Below are positions 13,601 through 25,300 of a DNA stretch of 64,000 bases, piece after piece; the stretch's first letter is position 1; every line of letters begins with the position of its first letter. Made by a program: the position numbers and the translations under genes. Source of the stretch: Marsupella aquatica (Eukaryota > Plantae > Marchantiophyta); contig OZ316899.1 of assembly GCA_973895155.1 (NCBI GenBank), positions 6,141,241 to 6,205,240 on the forward strand, in the 5' to 3' direction. The notes below the pieces were generated by a model. That model was given only the letters and a program-made list of their open reading frames with translations, was not told where the DNA came from and did not search any database.

Positions 13601-14107
13601 ACCAATCGCCCCAAGGACTCCCCAATATGGTTGCCAATGTCACAAGGACTAGAAGTTAAAGGCTCCTCAGGTAAACTTTCCCGACCTAGTGCTTATGCCT
13701 AGGCCCTTAGATCTTGTTGTTGCTTGGGACCCCAATCGGCCAAACCCAGATTGGGGCGTAACGCACGCCCCAAGTGTCCGTTGTTGATGGAGTAAACTCC
13801 ATTGGCCTTGGGCCCAAGAGAATCTCTCACTCAAGCCCTCAGAACTCAAAGTCCGTCCAAGTTTTGGATGGTCAACCTTGAGTCCAGCCCTTTCCCCTTG
13901 ACCCGACCAGCCCCCAGCTAGTCTAAGTCCTTAGCGTGTGTCACCAACTTATCGCCTTGCCTTTGCTAGTGCCATGCCCCATTGCCCACAAGTCTCCCCA
14001 TGCTAAGTCCTCCTTGGATGGCTATTCCAGGCCTGGATCATAGGAGAGCTCGGCATCAGAGTCAGCGATGCCTGAGCTAAGTGTTAAGGTAGTTGAGTTC
14101 TTCAACT

Positions 14108-16698
14108 GACTACAACTTTGTTGCCTCTAAATTGCAACGACTCTTTGATAAGTGATCATACTTTTTCTCTTTGATAGTTGTCTTACTCTCTATGGGCCAC
14201 AACAACCACAATACATGTTACTAACAATAACACATTCAAACACTATGTCAATACAAACAATAGATTCTACAATCATATCCCACAAAGTTATAAGGGCCTT
14301 ACCTTCAACTCTAGATGTTGTTGGAATGCCATAAGAGTGCATATATTTTGCTACCTCAAGTGGTGATGGTGAGTGGTGGACCTTGCCACCCAACGCCCTC
14401 ACCAATCCCAGCACTCACGCCTAAGTGCCCCTGGTGCCCAAACGCCTCCGCGGAATTCCTCGAGCAAGCGCCCTAGTGCCCCTTGCACCACCAGCGGCCC
14501 CTCCCATACAAAGCCGCACTTGCTCACCTACACGACCGCTACTCAACGATCCTCATTGTCTGCACAAGCAACCAAGCAGCTCGGTAAGTAACCCTTCAGG
14601 ATCTAGAACTTGCCAAGTTTAGCATCCTAACTCAAGCTCAAGAGACATTGGTAAATAGGTCAGCGATAGGTCCTCCCGATGCCATAAGCCGGAACCAGAA
14701 CCCACGCCCATTGTTTGTCCAGAACAGCTCCTTCCATGGGCGGGCCCGGGTTCCCCATCGTATCTATCCATCACGAATTGACCGCCCTGACCTCAGGACA
14801 TGCTCATGGCCCAAGTAGCGTAGCTTGTCCTAAAGCTTGTCCCAATCTTGTCCTAACATGTCGGGAACAGAATGGCCCCGCCTCTAGCAACCGACTCCCA
14901 ATTTGCCTCACTGATGGTCTAAGGACCTAGCACTGTTGGAACTCAACCTCCACACTTACTTGGCCTTGCCTCCCCAATGCAAGCTCCCTTGGGAGACTGA
15001 ACGCGGCTTGGCTGTTGTTTTGGCAAGATTTGGCAAGCGGGCGAGTTAACACCCACAAACCCTGAGAACCCATGGTGCCCCCAGACCCAGCTGAGCTCCG
15101 GAGAACGTAGCCCTCCTTGAGAGCTTTCCAACGCACCCAAGAAGTCCTCCAACGGACTTCCCGTTGGGAAGATATCGCTGTTTCCGTTTGGCGGTTTCCC
15201 TTAGTGTCGCGACCGCCGCGGCTCACGACTTCGGCTTGGCCTTAGCCCCCAGGGAGACACCACTCCCCTCATATATGCTTCTGGAGACCTGCCACCACCC
15301 GGACCAGCTTTGGTCCCTAAACATTTGGCGACCAACCCGGATCCTATCACGCATAATGGGCGCGCCACCAACTGGCAACGCCCATAACTCTCTCGTTAGG
15401 CATCCGCAAGCGGAGTGCCTTTGCCCATTGTGATTGGGCCGACCTAGTGCTCATGCCTAGGTCCTCAGGTCTCATCGCTGCTCGGGGCCCCCGATCGGCC
15501 CAACCTGGATCGAGCCATAACTTGCGCCCCAAGCATCCGTTGCCCATGGCGTCAACTCCACGGGCCTTGGGCCCAAGAGGAGCTCACACCCAAACCCTCA
15601 AAACTCAAAGTCCATCCGGAGGTCCGGACGGTCGTCCTTGAAACCGGCCCATTTCCCCTTGACCCGACCAGCTCTCAGCAAGCCCAAGTCCTTAGTGTGT
15701 GTCGCCAGCTTGGCTCCTTGCCTTCGCTAGTGCCATGTCTCGTCGCTCACAAGTCTCCCCATGCTAAGTCCTCCCCGGATGGCCTAGATCCAGGCCTGGA
15801 CCACAAGGGAGCTCGACGTCGGAGTCAATGACCCCAGAGCTAAGTGTTAAGGTAGTCGAGTTTTGCGACTTGGTGGAACTCCTCTAGAACTGCAATCAAT
15901 TTTATCTCTCACCAACACAATGGCTTCCACTAATGACTTGAAGTTCACATGGAACAAGTCAGTCAGTGAATTCAAACGTTCATTGATCTCTGGAAGACAT
16001 GTTTCCACAACCTTCAAACTATCACTTATCTCTGTAAGTGAAGATCCACCTCCCTACATGATGCAGAGCAATAGTGAATCACTCCATATGAAAGGTCGGG
16101 GAATATATGCACAGTCATACATATGTGTACACCTAAAATTCAACGCAGGTCATTCAATTACCAATCAGAACTCATTTAACTTACGTGCTTGGGGGATTCA
16201 GATGCCTCACATGCCCTGTTGTTCACAATTTCAGCAACTCTTCTTTTGAAGGGCTTTGCTCCAATCGGGCTTTCTGCACATGCATGGCAAACTTAGGTTA
16301 TCATTTTCCAATGAACACTCAAAAACAAAGTCAATAGGAGATAGTGTAGCATGAATTACATAATTAGCCATTGATTCTTACCAAGCGTTTTGCTATTGGT
16401 GCAGTGCCGGTCTTTCCTATCAGATTAGGGTTTTGAACACTCAACCTAGCCTCGGTCATCTGTGAACTCTTCTTTTTTGAAGCATAAGTCACAAAGTAAG
16501 CTACTAACCTCACCCATAATTTATCATCACAACTTGCTGGTGGAGGCATATCTGGCTTCTCCCCACCTTCCTTCCAAGCCTTATGCATTCTCCATCTCTC
16601 TTGCTTGATGATTTTACCTGCTGTACTTTCCAGGAAACCTATGTCCACACCATCATCACTGCCCACATAATTCCATTTGGCAGCAACATCTTCACATA
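14108..16698 (-). pseudogene. CACTA second-ORF (TnpA/Transposase_24-like) gene, 3' exons; interrupted by a solo LTR and Bianca element 1
   Basis: EDVAAKWNYVG...ERWRMHKAW...WVRLVAYF...SSQMTEAR is similar to 48361-48714. The frame rejoins across both insertions (GVPP|SPLEVAK and KDWKTVC|EDVAAKW). Confidence 0.7.
14372..15870 (-). mobile_element. Solo LTR (1.5 kb) of the Gypsy B family, AGT...ACT termini
   Basis: Perfect TSD TGGTG at 14367-14371 and 15871-15875. It is an inverted copy of 19067-20563. Confidence 0.9.
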
Positions 16699-16819
16699 TG
16701 TTGTAACCCAATGATAAGTCTACCTTAGACCATGGTAACCATAGATAGTTACACTTGTTTAACTACCTCCATGTATATATTACCCACATGAATGAGAAGG
16801 AGATCAGTAGTATTCAACA
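16699..16819 (+). repeat. 5' LTR of Bianca element 1
   Basis: TGTTGTAACC...TATTCAACA, nearly identical to 46134-46254. Confidence 0.95.
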
Positions 16820-17299
16820 TGTTATTAGTGCGAATAGCTCTAGCAATTGTTTTAGAGAGGAGATAGAACGAGGCAGCAACATCCCAATGTGGCAAAAATT
16901 CTCTTGCAATCCTAATCAGGAAAGGCAGATTTGGAAAGGCCCCAACCACAAGGAATTGAGGTTCTATGCTTGGAGCGTGGAGTGCCCTTAATGTGATTCA
17001 TTTTCCCCTCTCAAAGTTTAGTGAGCCCAAGACTGGACCAGAAAGGCAGGATTGAGAAGAACTAGGGAAATTTGCAGATCCAAATTGATTAATGAAGGCC
17101 TCGTCTCCTCACGTTGATTAAAGTACACCAAGCTCACATTTCATCTACAAATCAAGATCACACCAGATAATTACTCCCCTCCCTAACCTTTTTTTTCTCA
17201 AGGAAAATTTGCAGATTTGTTAATCCCAAGTGGGGAAGGCATACACCACAAAATCAACAGGGATTACATAACCGAGCACCCATATAGAGACAATCGCAA

Positions 17300-20200
17300 A
17301 TAATACCATTGAGAAACTCCACTTTCAAGCATTACACATTGATGGTTCTAATTATCTTTAATGGTCATTAGACATCGAGGCACCTCTCGCCTCAAAGAAT
17401 TTACAAGATGCAATTTTCATGGACAATGGCCCAACTCTACAGCAAAAGGCCCAAGCACTGATCCTAATTAGACATCATCTAGATGATCCCCTAAAATGGC
17501 AGTATATGATCCAGGTTTGATCATACATGAATGATTTTTCTCCTTGAAGCAAGGCACGATTGGGTCAACCTTTGAGTTCAGGACCACAAAACAATTGCAG
17601 ATTACAACAGCAAATTGATTAGAATTGTCTCCCAATTGGCAATTTGTGGACATCCAATGGGAGACGAAGAGCAGATAGAAAAAGCATTGTCCACATTTCA
17701 TTCCACAAATCTGATACTATCGACGCAGTAGAAGAATATGAACTTTACTAAATACTCTGAATTTATTGCTCACATGTTGCTAGCCAAAAAAATCAGATTT
17801 TGCTACTACAAAATACAAAGGAGAGACCCCTTGGAACTCTACCCCCACAAATAACCCCGGAGTTGCACTTCAACAATCAGCAAAATGGATACAAAAACCC
17901 ATTATGGGGCAGAGGTAGCAACAAGGGAGAAGCACCTTTCAAGACCGGGGAAGCAACTTTCAACGTGGAGGCAGGGGCAATCATTTAGAGGAAGGGGTCG
18001 TGGTAGACCTGGATCCAGCCCCCCAAAAATTCCTGGAGGCATGGATCGACAAACCAACAACAATTCAGGAGTCAAGACAAGAGCAATACCCGAGATAAGT
18101 CCAATAACCCTCCTATATGCTACCAATGTGGAACTAAAGGTCATACTAAGAGAGTATGTCGAGCCCCTGCACACCTTGTCACGCTATATAAGAAAAGTAT
18201 AAGCCTGGATGAATATGAAACACATGGGGCATTCTTAGAAGCCCCAGAGATATTACTTGAACTCCATCTAGCCCTCCAATCACACTGATTACAAGTCTTG
18301 AATGACCCCAGCTGCGTTGTAGTGGACAACGACACCTCCCACTCCATCCTGCGCAACAAAATCTATTTTGATCATATAATTCCCTCCCAACAAAGAGTCA
18401 CAACAATTATGGGCCAACATCAACTAGAGGAGGGCCACGGAAAAGCCACATTAATTTTACCAAAGTGCACGCCCATCCATATCAAATCAGCCATTTATGC
18501 TCCAAAGGCTACACGTAATCTACTTAGCTTTAAGGATATCAGAGAAAATGGCCTACACATCCACACAAGTGTTAATGACTCAAGGGAAGTACTACACATT
18601 ATAGCTAAGACCCCTTGAGGCACAGAGATAAAGGAAACATTGACAGCCTTTCCCGATTATTGGCCCACATCATAAAGTTGAAAACCCAGTTCCTTTGATA
18701 ACCCAATCAAAATCTTAAGAGTAGACAATGTCGGGGAATTCATGTCTAAGACATTTGACAACTTCTGCACGTCCTTGGGAATAGAAGCACAATACCCAGT
18801 AGCATATCTACATTTCCATAACCAAATAGCTTCATCACTTATAAAAAAATTACAATCAATAGCGCAGCCTATGCTCGTGCAGTCAAAGCTACCACCCTTT
18901 GCTTGGGGCCATGCTATCTTGCACGCACCTACACTAATACACTACAGACCATCAGCTTTTAATGCAAGCTCACCACATCACCTTGCATTTGGGACTAGCC
19001 TAGATTTATCCCACCTAAGAACTTTTGGGTGCTAGGTGCTGGTACTGATAATGGGACCTAAAAGGAAGTCGTGGAACTTGACTACCTTAACACTTAGCTC
19101 CGGCATCGCTGACTCCGATGCCAAGCTCCCTTATGGTCCAGGCCTGGATAGGCAATCCGGGGAGGAATTAGCATGGGGAGACTAGTGGGCAATGAGATGT
19201 GGCACTAGCGAAGGCAAGGAGCCAAGTTGGTGACACACACTAAGGACTTAGGCGAGGTGAGAGTTGGTCAGGTCAAGGGGAAACGGGCCGGACTCAAGGT
19301 TGAATGTTCGGGCCCCCAGAAGGACTTTGAGTTATGAGGGCTTGAGTGCGAGCTCCTCTTGGGCCCAAGGCCAATGGAGTTGACGCCATGGGCAATGGAC
19401 GCGTGGGGCGTGAGTTAGGGCCCGATCCGAGTTTGGCCAATCAGGGACCCCAAGCGGCAATGAGACCTGAGGGCCTAGGCATGAGCACTGGGTTGGCCCG
19501 ATCACAATGGGGTAAGGCACTCCGCTTGCGGACGCCTAACAAGAAAGTTATGGGCGTTGCCAATTGGTGGCGCGCCCACTATGCGCAATAGGATCCGGGT
19601 TGGAGGCCAAATGTTTAGGGACCAAAGTTGGTCCAGGGGTGACAGGTCTCCAGAAGCATATATGAGGGAGTGGTGTCTCCCTGGGGGCCAAGGGCGAGCC
19701 AAAGTCGTGAGCCGCGACGGTCGCGACACTAAGGAAAAGCGTCAAACGGAAACGGCGATATCTTCACAACGGGAAGTCCGTTGGAGGATTTCTTGGGTGT
19801 GTTGGAAAGCTCTCAAGGAGGGCTACATTCTCCTGAGCTCAGTAGGGTCTTGGGGTGCCAGGGGTTCTCGAGGTTTGTGGGTGTTAGCTCGCCCACTTGC
19901 CAAATCCTGCCGAACAGCAGCCAAGCCGCGTTCAGTCTTCCAAGGGAGCTTGCGTTGGGGAGACAAGGCCAAGTAGGCATGGAGGTTGAGTTCCAAGGGT
20001 GCTCGGCCCCTAGACCATCAGTGGGGCGAGAACCGGGAGTTGGTTGCTAGAGTTGGGGCCATTCTGGTCCCAACGTGTTGGGACAAGCTTGGGAAAAGCT
20101 TTAGGACAAGCTATGCTATTTGGGCCATGAGCATGTCCTGGGGTCAGGGCGGTCAGTTGGTGATGGATAGGTACAAGGGGGGACCCGGGCCGTGCCCAAG

Positions 20201-21154
20201 GAAGGAGCTGTTCTGGATGAACAATGGGCGTGGGTTTTGGTTCTAGCTTATGGCATCGGGAGGACCTATCAATGACCTATTTACCAATGTCTGTTGAGAT
20301 TGAGTCAGGATGCTAGACTTGGCAAGTTCTAGATCCTGAAGGGTTACTGACTGAGGTGCTTGGTTGCTTGTGCAGATAGTAAGGATTGTTGAGTAGCGGT
20401 CGTGTTGGAGAGCAAGTGCGACTTCGTATGGGACGGGCTGCGGGCGGTGCAAGAGGCACTAGGTTGCTTGCTCAAAGTATTCCGTGGAGGCATTTGGGCA
20501 CCAGGGGCACTTGGGTGTGAGTGTTGGGATTGGTGAGGGCGCTGGGTGGCAAGGTCCACCACTCAGGACTAAGCTAGGACCACAAAGACAGAGGGGGATA
20601 TATATTGGCTTTGATTCTACTTCTATTATTAGATATCTAGAACCGACAACTGCCAATGTGTACAAGGCTAGATTTGTCAATTGCCACTTTTATGAGGACA
20701 TTTTCCAACTCTAAGCACAGTGCAAAAGTCACCAAACATTCCACATGCAGAACTTGCTTGGCAGATCAAGTCCAAATTCTGGAATGACCCACGGACTGGT
20801 CAAACATATGTTAGAGGTCTAGCAAATGCTTCACCTTACAAGGATAAAGGAGGAGCTGCCTGACTCATTTGCTGACGTTGCAAAGGTGACTAGGTCACAT
20901 GCACCAACAGCCAACGCTCCATCGTGGATCAAGATGATAGACCAACCATCAGCAGCAACAACACCTAGAATGAAGAGGGGCCGCCCAGCGGGATCCATAG
21001 ACAAGCAACAGCAACAGCATAAGACTATGCTTCCAAATCAAAGGGCGACCACCCCACCGGTAAATGCTATGTTTTCTCAAACACCAAGTACAGAGAATGA
21101 GGAAACTGCAATCAACTATAGCAATACTGGACATATCTAGGACAGAGTAAAAAC
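17300..21154 (+). pseudogene. Bianca 1 gag-protease-integrase remnants, split by a solo LTR
   Basis: EKLHFQALHIDGSNY; CVVVDNDTSHSIL; LRVDNVGEF; AWGHAILHA; MGPKR|TKLGPQRQRGIYIG. There is a deletion near 18650. Confidence 0.85.
19067..20563 (+). mobile_element. Solo LTR (1.5 kb) of the Gypsy B family inserted in the Bianca 1 integrase
   Basis: AGTCGTGGA...TCCACCACT with flanks AAGGA/CAGGA. Removing it restores MGPKRTKLGPQR. Confidence 0.9.
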
Positions 21155-22389
21155 TGTTGTAACCCAAAGGTTAGGTCGACATCCAACCCTAGTTAGGCTA
21201 GGGGATTAAGGTAGTTACTATAACTACCACTACATCTATACCTAGGGAGGTATTAGTAAACCTCCATGAATGGATGAACCTTGATTGTTGGTGTACTTGA
21301 CATTTTCTCTCCTAAGAATTATCTCCACCTCTCAACACGTTATCAGCATGTAGCCCTCCATGAGCAATTTTTCTTTAAGTTAAAGACCACATTTACATTT
21401 AATGTTCATAGATTTGAAACATTTATTTCTCAATGGGGTAGAAGGAGAATTGACTCAGATTGAAATCTACGAAAACAAGAGAAACAAAAGCATAGCAGTC
21501 AAGACACAAGAAATGTTTTTGAGAAAGAAAAACAAGAGAAAACAAGATTGAATGGGAAGTGTTCTTTCTTATCTTTGCCCATGACAATCTCGTCCCCAAA
21601 TTTGAGTGACTATTTGCTTCAGCCCTAATAAACTCATTATTCTACCACATTTGCAAGGCAAACTAGATTTCAATAATGGACTGACTGGCAGGAGCCAGCA
21701 AACCGATGAGATCATCCAATTCTGTTTGTGGCTTGCCTTGCTGATGATCTATTCGAGTTCATCTCTCAGAACACCATCATTCAATTCCAAAAGCAGGCTG
21801 AATTTGGTGGGACATGTGAGAATTGTCATAGGACTTGTAGCATCAAGAGAGAGGGATTTTTGGACAATGAGACTTTCCGAGATAAGGGCATATTCATGAT
21901 GACTCCATTCACCTAAAGATTGAAGCCCATTGGGGAATAGAGGATTGCAGCCCCAAGAATATCATTATGAATGAGCATTGGAAGGAACCGGTAGTATGTG
22001 AAGGATTAGCCTGAATTGAAAGGATCCCTCAGACGATGAACATGAAGCGAAAAAGCTTGTGAGAGAATTCAATAGGACTTTCCTCCGGGAGCACCTTTGG
22101 AAGAACACAAGGAAGAAGGAAAAGCATTTGAATGGAGACTATAATGCAGGGGACTCGGATTAGAGAATCCACGAAAAGAAACCTGGTGGATCGGTGAGGT
22201 GACAAACGATCGAAGGAGACACAATGGCACACTAAGACTCGGGGGAGAAGGCTGAAACTATCGGAAATCATCTCAAGAATACTTTGTTGCTACAGAGCCA
22301 AGGAACAAGAGAGGAACATGCGGTTATGTGATGAAAGTGCAACATTTGCCCCAATTTTGCACAAGAAAATCACAAAGGAAAGTCATTTT

Positions 22390-25300
22390 TGTTCTACTCC
22401 ATAGATTACACCAACATCAATGTCTCTTCTATTAGGGATGAAAGCCTTTATGTGTTACATGATGAGGCGGTTAAGTAACTACCTTAACCTCTAAGTATTA
22501 CATTAGGGTCTAATCTAATGTAATGCTCACTTATAGTGTAATCTACATGTCATAACACTCCCCCTTGGTTATTTTATTGGGGTATAAAAGAACCAATCTA
22601 TGTAGAGTCTAAATGTAAGTGTAAGATTAAACCCTAGTTTAGTATGGCCTCCTTAAAACCTTTCTGCTTTCTTCCAAAGGAAAGAGTGCCACTACTTACA
22701 TGTCATAGGGTAATCATGGAGTAAATGCTCTTCAGTAGAGTTTAATGTAAATTATAACTCTAAATGTAATGAAGTGTCATGTGTAAGGGCGTATGTAAAA
22801 TGGTGTAGGTTATTGTAATGTATTACTCGAATGTGAATTGTCTGTCATTTCGCTGATTAGTATCTTTGTCTTGTCTCATTTGCATCGTTTCCGTCTCCTC
22901 TCATCGCTTCTCAACACTGTTCCTCGGTGTGTTCTGATCTATCGTTCCTTTGTCGTGATGGTGTACAGAAGAAACTTGCTAGATTCAATCGTTTTAGCTT
23001 TTGCTTTGGGGGTCAGCATTCAGATGGGCTTCGTAGTTTTCTAGGGTCTGGCTGTCAAAATTTAGTAATTCGTGCTCTGTAGTAAAGTGGAGAGTCGCCG
23101 CATTCCGATGCCCACTGTGTGATCTTTGTGGAGAGATGGTGGAAGTGGTTTCGTAAAAAGATCTGCTCGGTTTTCTTTACTCGGTATCCACTAAACCTGA
23201 ATCTTGTCACCATGTTGTTCGTGCGTGAAGAAAAACTTGGGCGCAATGTGTTTATTTTGTCACCTTTTATGAAGCCCTGAGTGATCTGGTCGACACAAGG
23301 TCGATTATCCTCATAAATAATCATTGGCAAATTCAGGAGTGGACGACCTGTGTTCTTGCTTATGTGGTCGATAAGTTGTCTCAGCCACAGGCATTCGCGA
23401 CTCGCTTCATAAAGTGCTATTAGTTCTGCATGGTTAGAAGATGTAGTCGTAAGGTCTGTTTCAAACTCCTCCAAGATATGGCTGTGCTCCCTTGAAGGAA
23501 CACGTAGCCTGTCTGAGATTTGGCATCGTCGGGATCAGAAAGATATCCGGCATCAGCAAATCCTGTGAGTTCAAGTTTTGCATTGTGTGGAAAAACAGTC
23601 CCAAGTCTGTTGTTCCCAGTAAGTATCGAAAAACTCTTTTGATTCCGTTCCAATGTCTTATTGTTGGTTGGGAGCTGTGCCACGCTAGGAGGTTTACTGA
23701 AAACAAAATGTCGGGGTGCATTTGGTTAGCCAAGTACATGAGCACTCCGATTGCAGATAGGTAAGGTTTCTCCGATCCAAGTGTCTGTTCTGCTTCTGTT
23801 CGCTTCTTGAAAGTGTCTTTATTGGGATCGAGTGATCTCAGTTCCATCGGAGTGCTCACAGGGTGAGAGTTGTCCATGTTGAACTGTTTTAATATCTTCT
23901 TGGTGTAGGTTGCCTAGTGAATCAGTATGCCACCCTGCACATAACCAAACTGAAGTCCAAGACAGTATTTGGGTTCACCAAGATCCCTCATTTGAAATGT
24001 GTTTTTCAAATTTTTTATTGTCTCTTTAGTTATAATAGGAGTACCAAAAATGTTAATGTCGTCTACGTAAATAGCGACAATGATATATTCAGTTCCTTGT
24101 TGTTTTAAAAATAGACAAGAAGCAATATCGTCATTCACAAAGTCGAGTGCTAACATCTCTGCCCGGAACTTTTTGTACCAGGTTTGACCACTCTGCTTAA
24201 GGCCATACATTGAGCGTAAGACTTGCACTGCATATTCTTTTCTCGTTGTTTGTGTAGCAGATTGCGATTTATAAGTTCTTGTATGCCTGTGATTTTCTTG
24301 GAATGCGCTCTGCCTCTTTTGGTTATTTAGAACTGAAGGTTCATTATGTTTTGCATGCTTAGGAAGATACTCTGTAGGAGTTCTTCGTGTAGTCCCAAGT
24401 TGTAAATCATGGGATATGATACCATTTCTCTCCCCCTGAATATGAAAGTTCATCCTTGTGATTAACTCAGGAGGGACTTTCATGTATATAGTGGTGTCGA
24501 GTATGCCATATAGATAGGCTGTCACCACGTGAAGCATCAACTTATGAGCAAGTGCGAAGGAGATCATGTATCTGCAGGTGATGGAATCCATCACTGGTGA
24601 ATATGTAAGGTCAAATCTCTTCCTGGTATCTGAGTATAGCCCTTTGCTACCAGGTGGACCTTATATTGTATGACCTCTCCCTGTGCATTTCTTTTCTTTG
24701 TAAATATAAACTTGTATCCAGTAAGTTTTGTGTGAAGTGGTGCAGGAATGATAGGTCCAAAAACTTCTCTCTGAATGAGTGAGTCTAACTCAGAGTTAAT
24801 AGCTATTTCCCATTGAGGCCAATCGCTTTGCGATTGTGCTTCTTTCACTGATAGTGGGTCCGGTATCTCGTTCGTGATATCTTGTGCGATTGCATAGGCA
24901 AAAATATCATCTATTATTGTATTGTTTCTATGCCATATTCTGCCAATATGCATGTAATTTATTGTAATTTCCTCATTTTGAACAGTCGTTGTAGGTGGTA
25001 GGGCAGTGTGTACCACAGGTATTGATGTATTTACTGTGTTAGCCTTTGATCTTCTTTGTCAAGGTTGATTGTCTCGTGAACCTGGTGGTCGACCTCGCTT
25101 AGCTCTTGGAGCTACTTCTGAAGCTAATCGGCTTGGTGCAACTATCCGGGCAGGTACATTTCCTGCCTCTATATTCGAACGCGTGACAGCTGCTGCATCA
25201 TTAAATACATCAGGTAGCTTCTCAAGCATCTGGTGAAGATGGATAATTTGTCTTACTTCCTCATCTGCTTGTTTGGTCCGTGGATCGTTTTGAAATGGAT

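Larger units (their letters stand above)
9454..14107 (-). mobile_element. Truncated Ty3/Gypsy element B (partial 5' LTR, gag, protease)
   Basis: LTR fragment 13682-14107 is homologous to the solo LTRs at 14372 and 19067 and begins AGT on the minus strand. Gag includes FDGRNLTSYLKSY and the knuckle CMWCDNKEHDKREC. Protease motif ALIDTGSEINLM lies in 9730-10044. Confidence 0.85.

Noticed and set aside
14373-15641. Short ORFs in the solo LTRs (also 19332-20562)
   Set aside because: GC-rich LTR sequence with no domain motifs.
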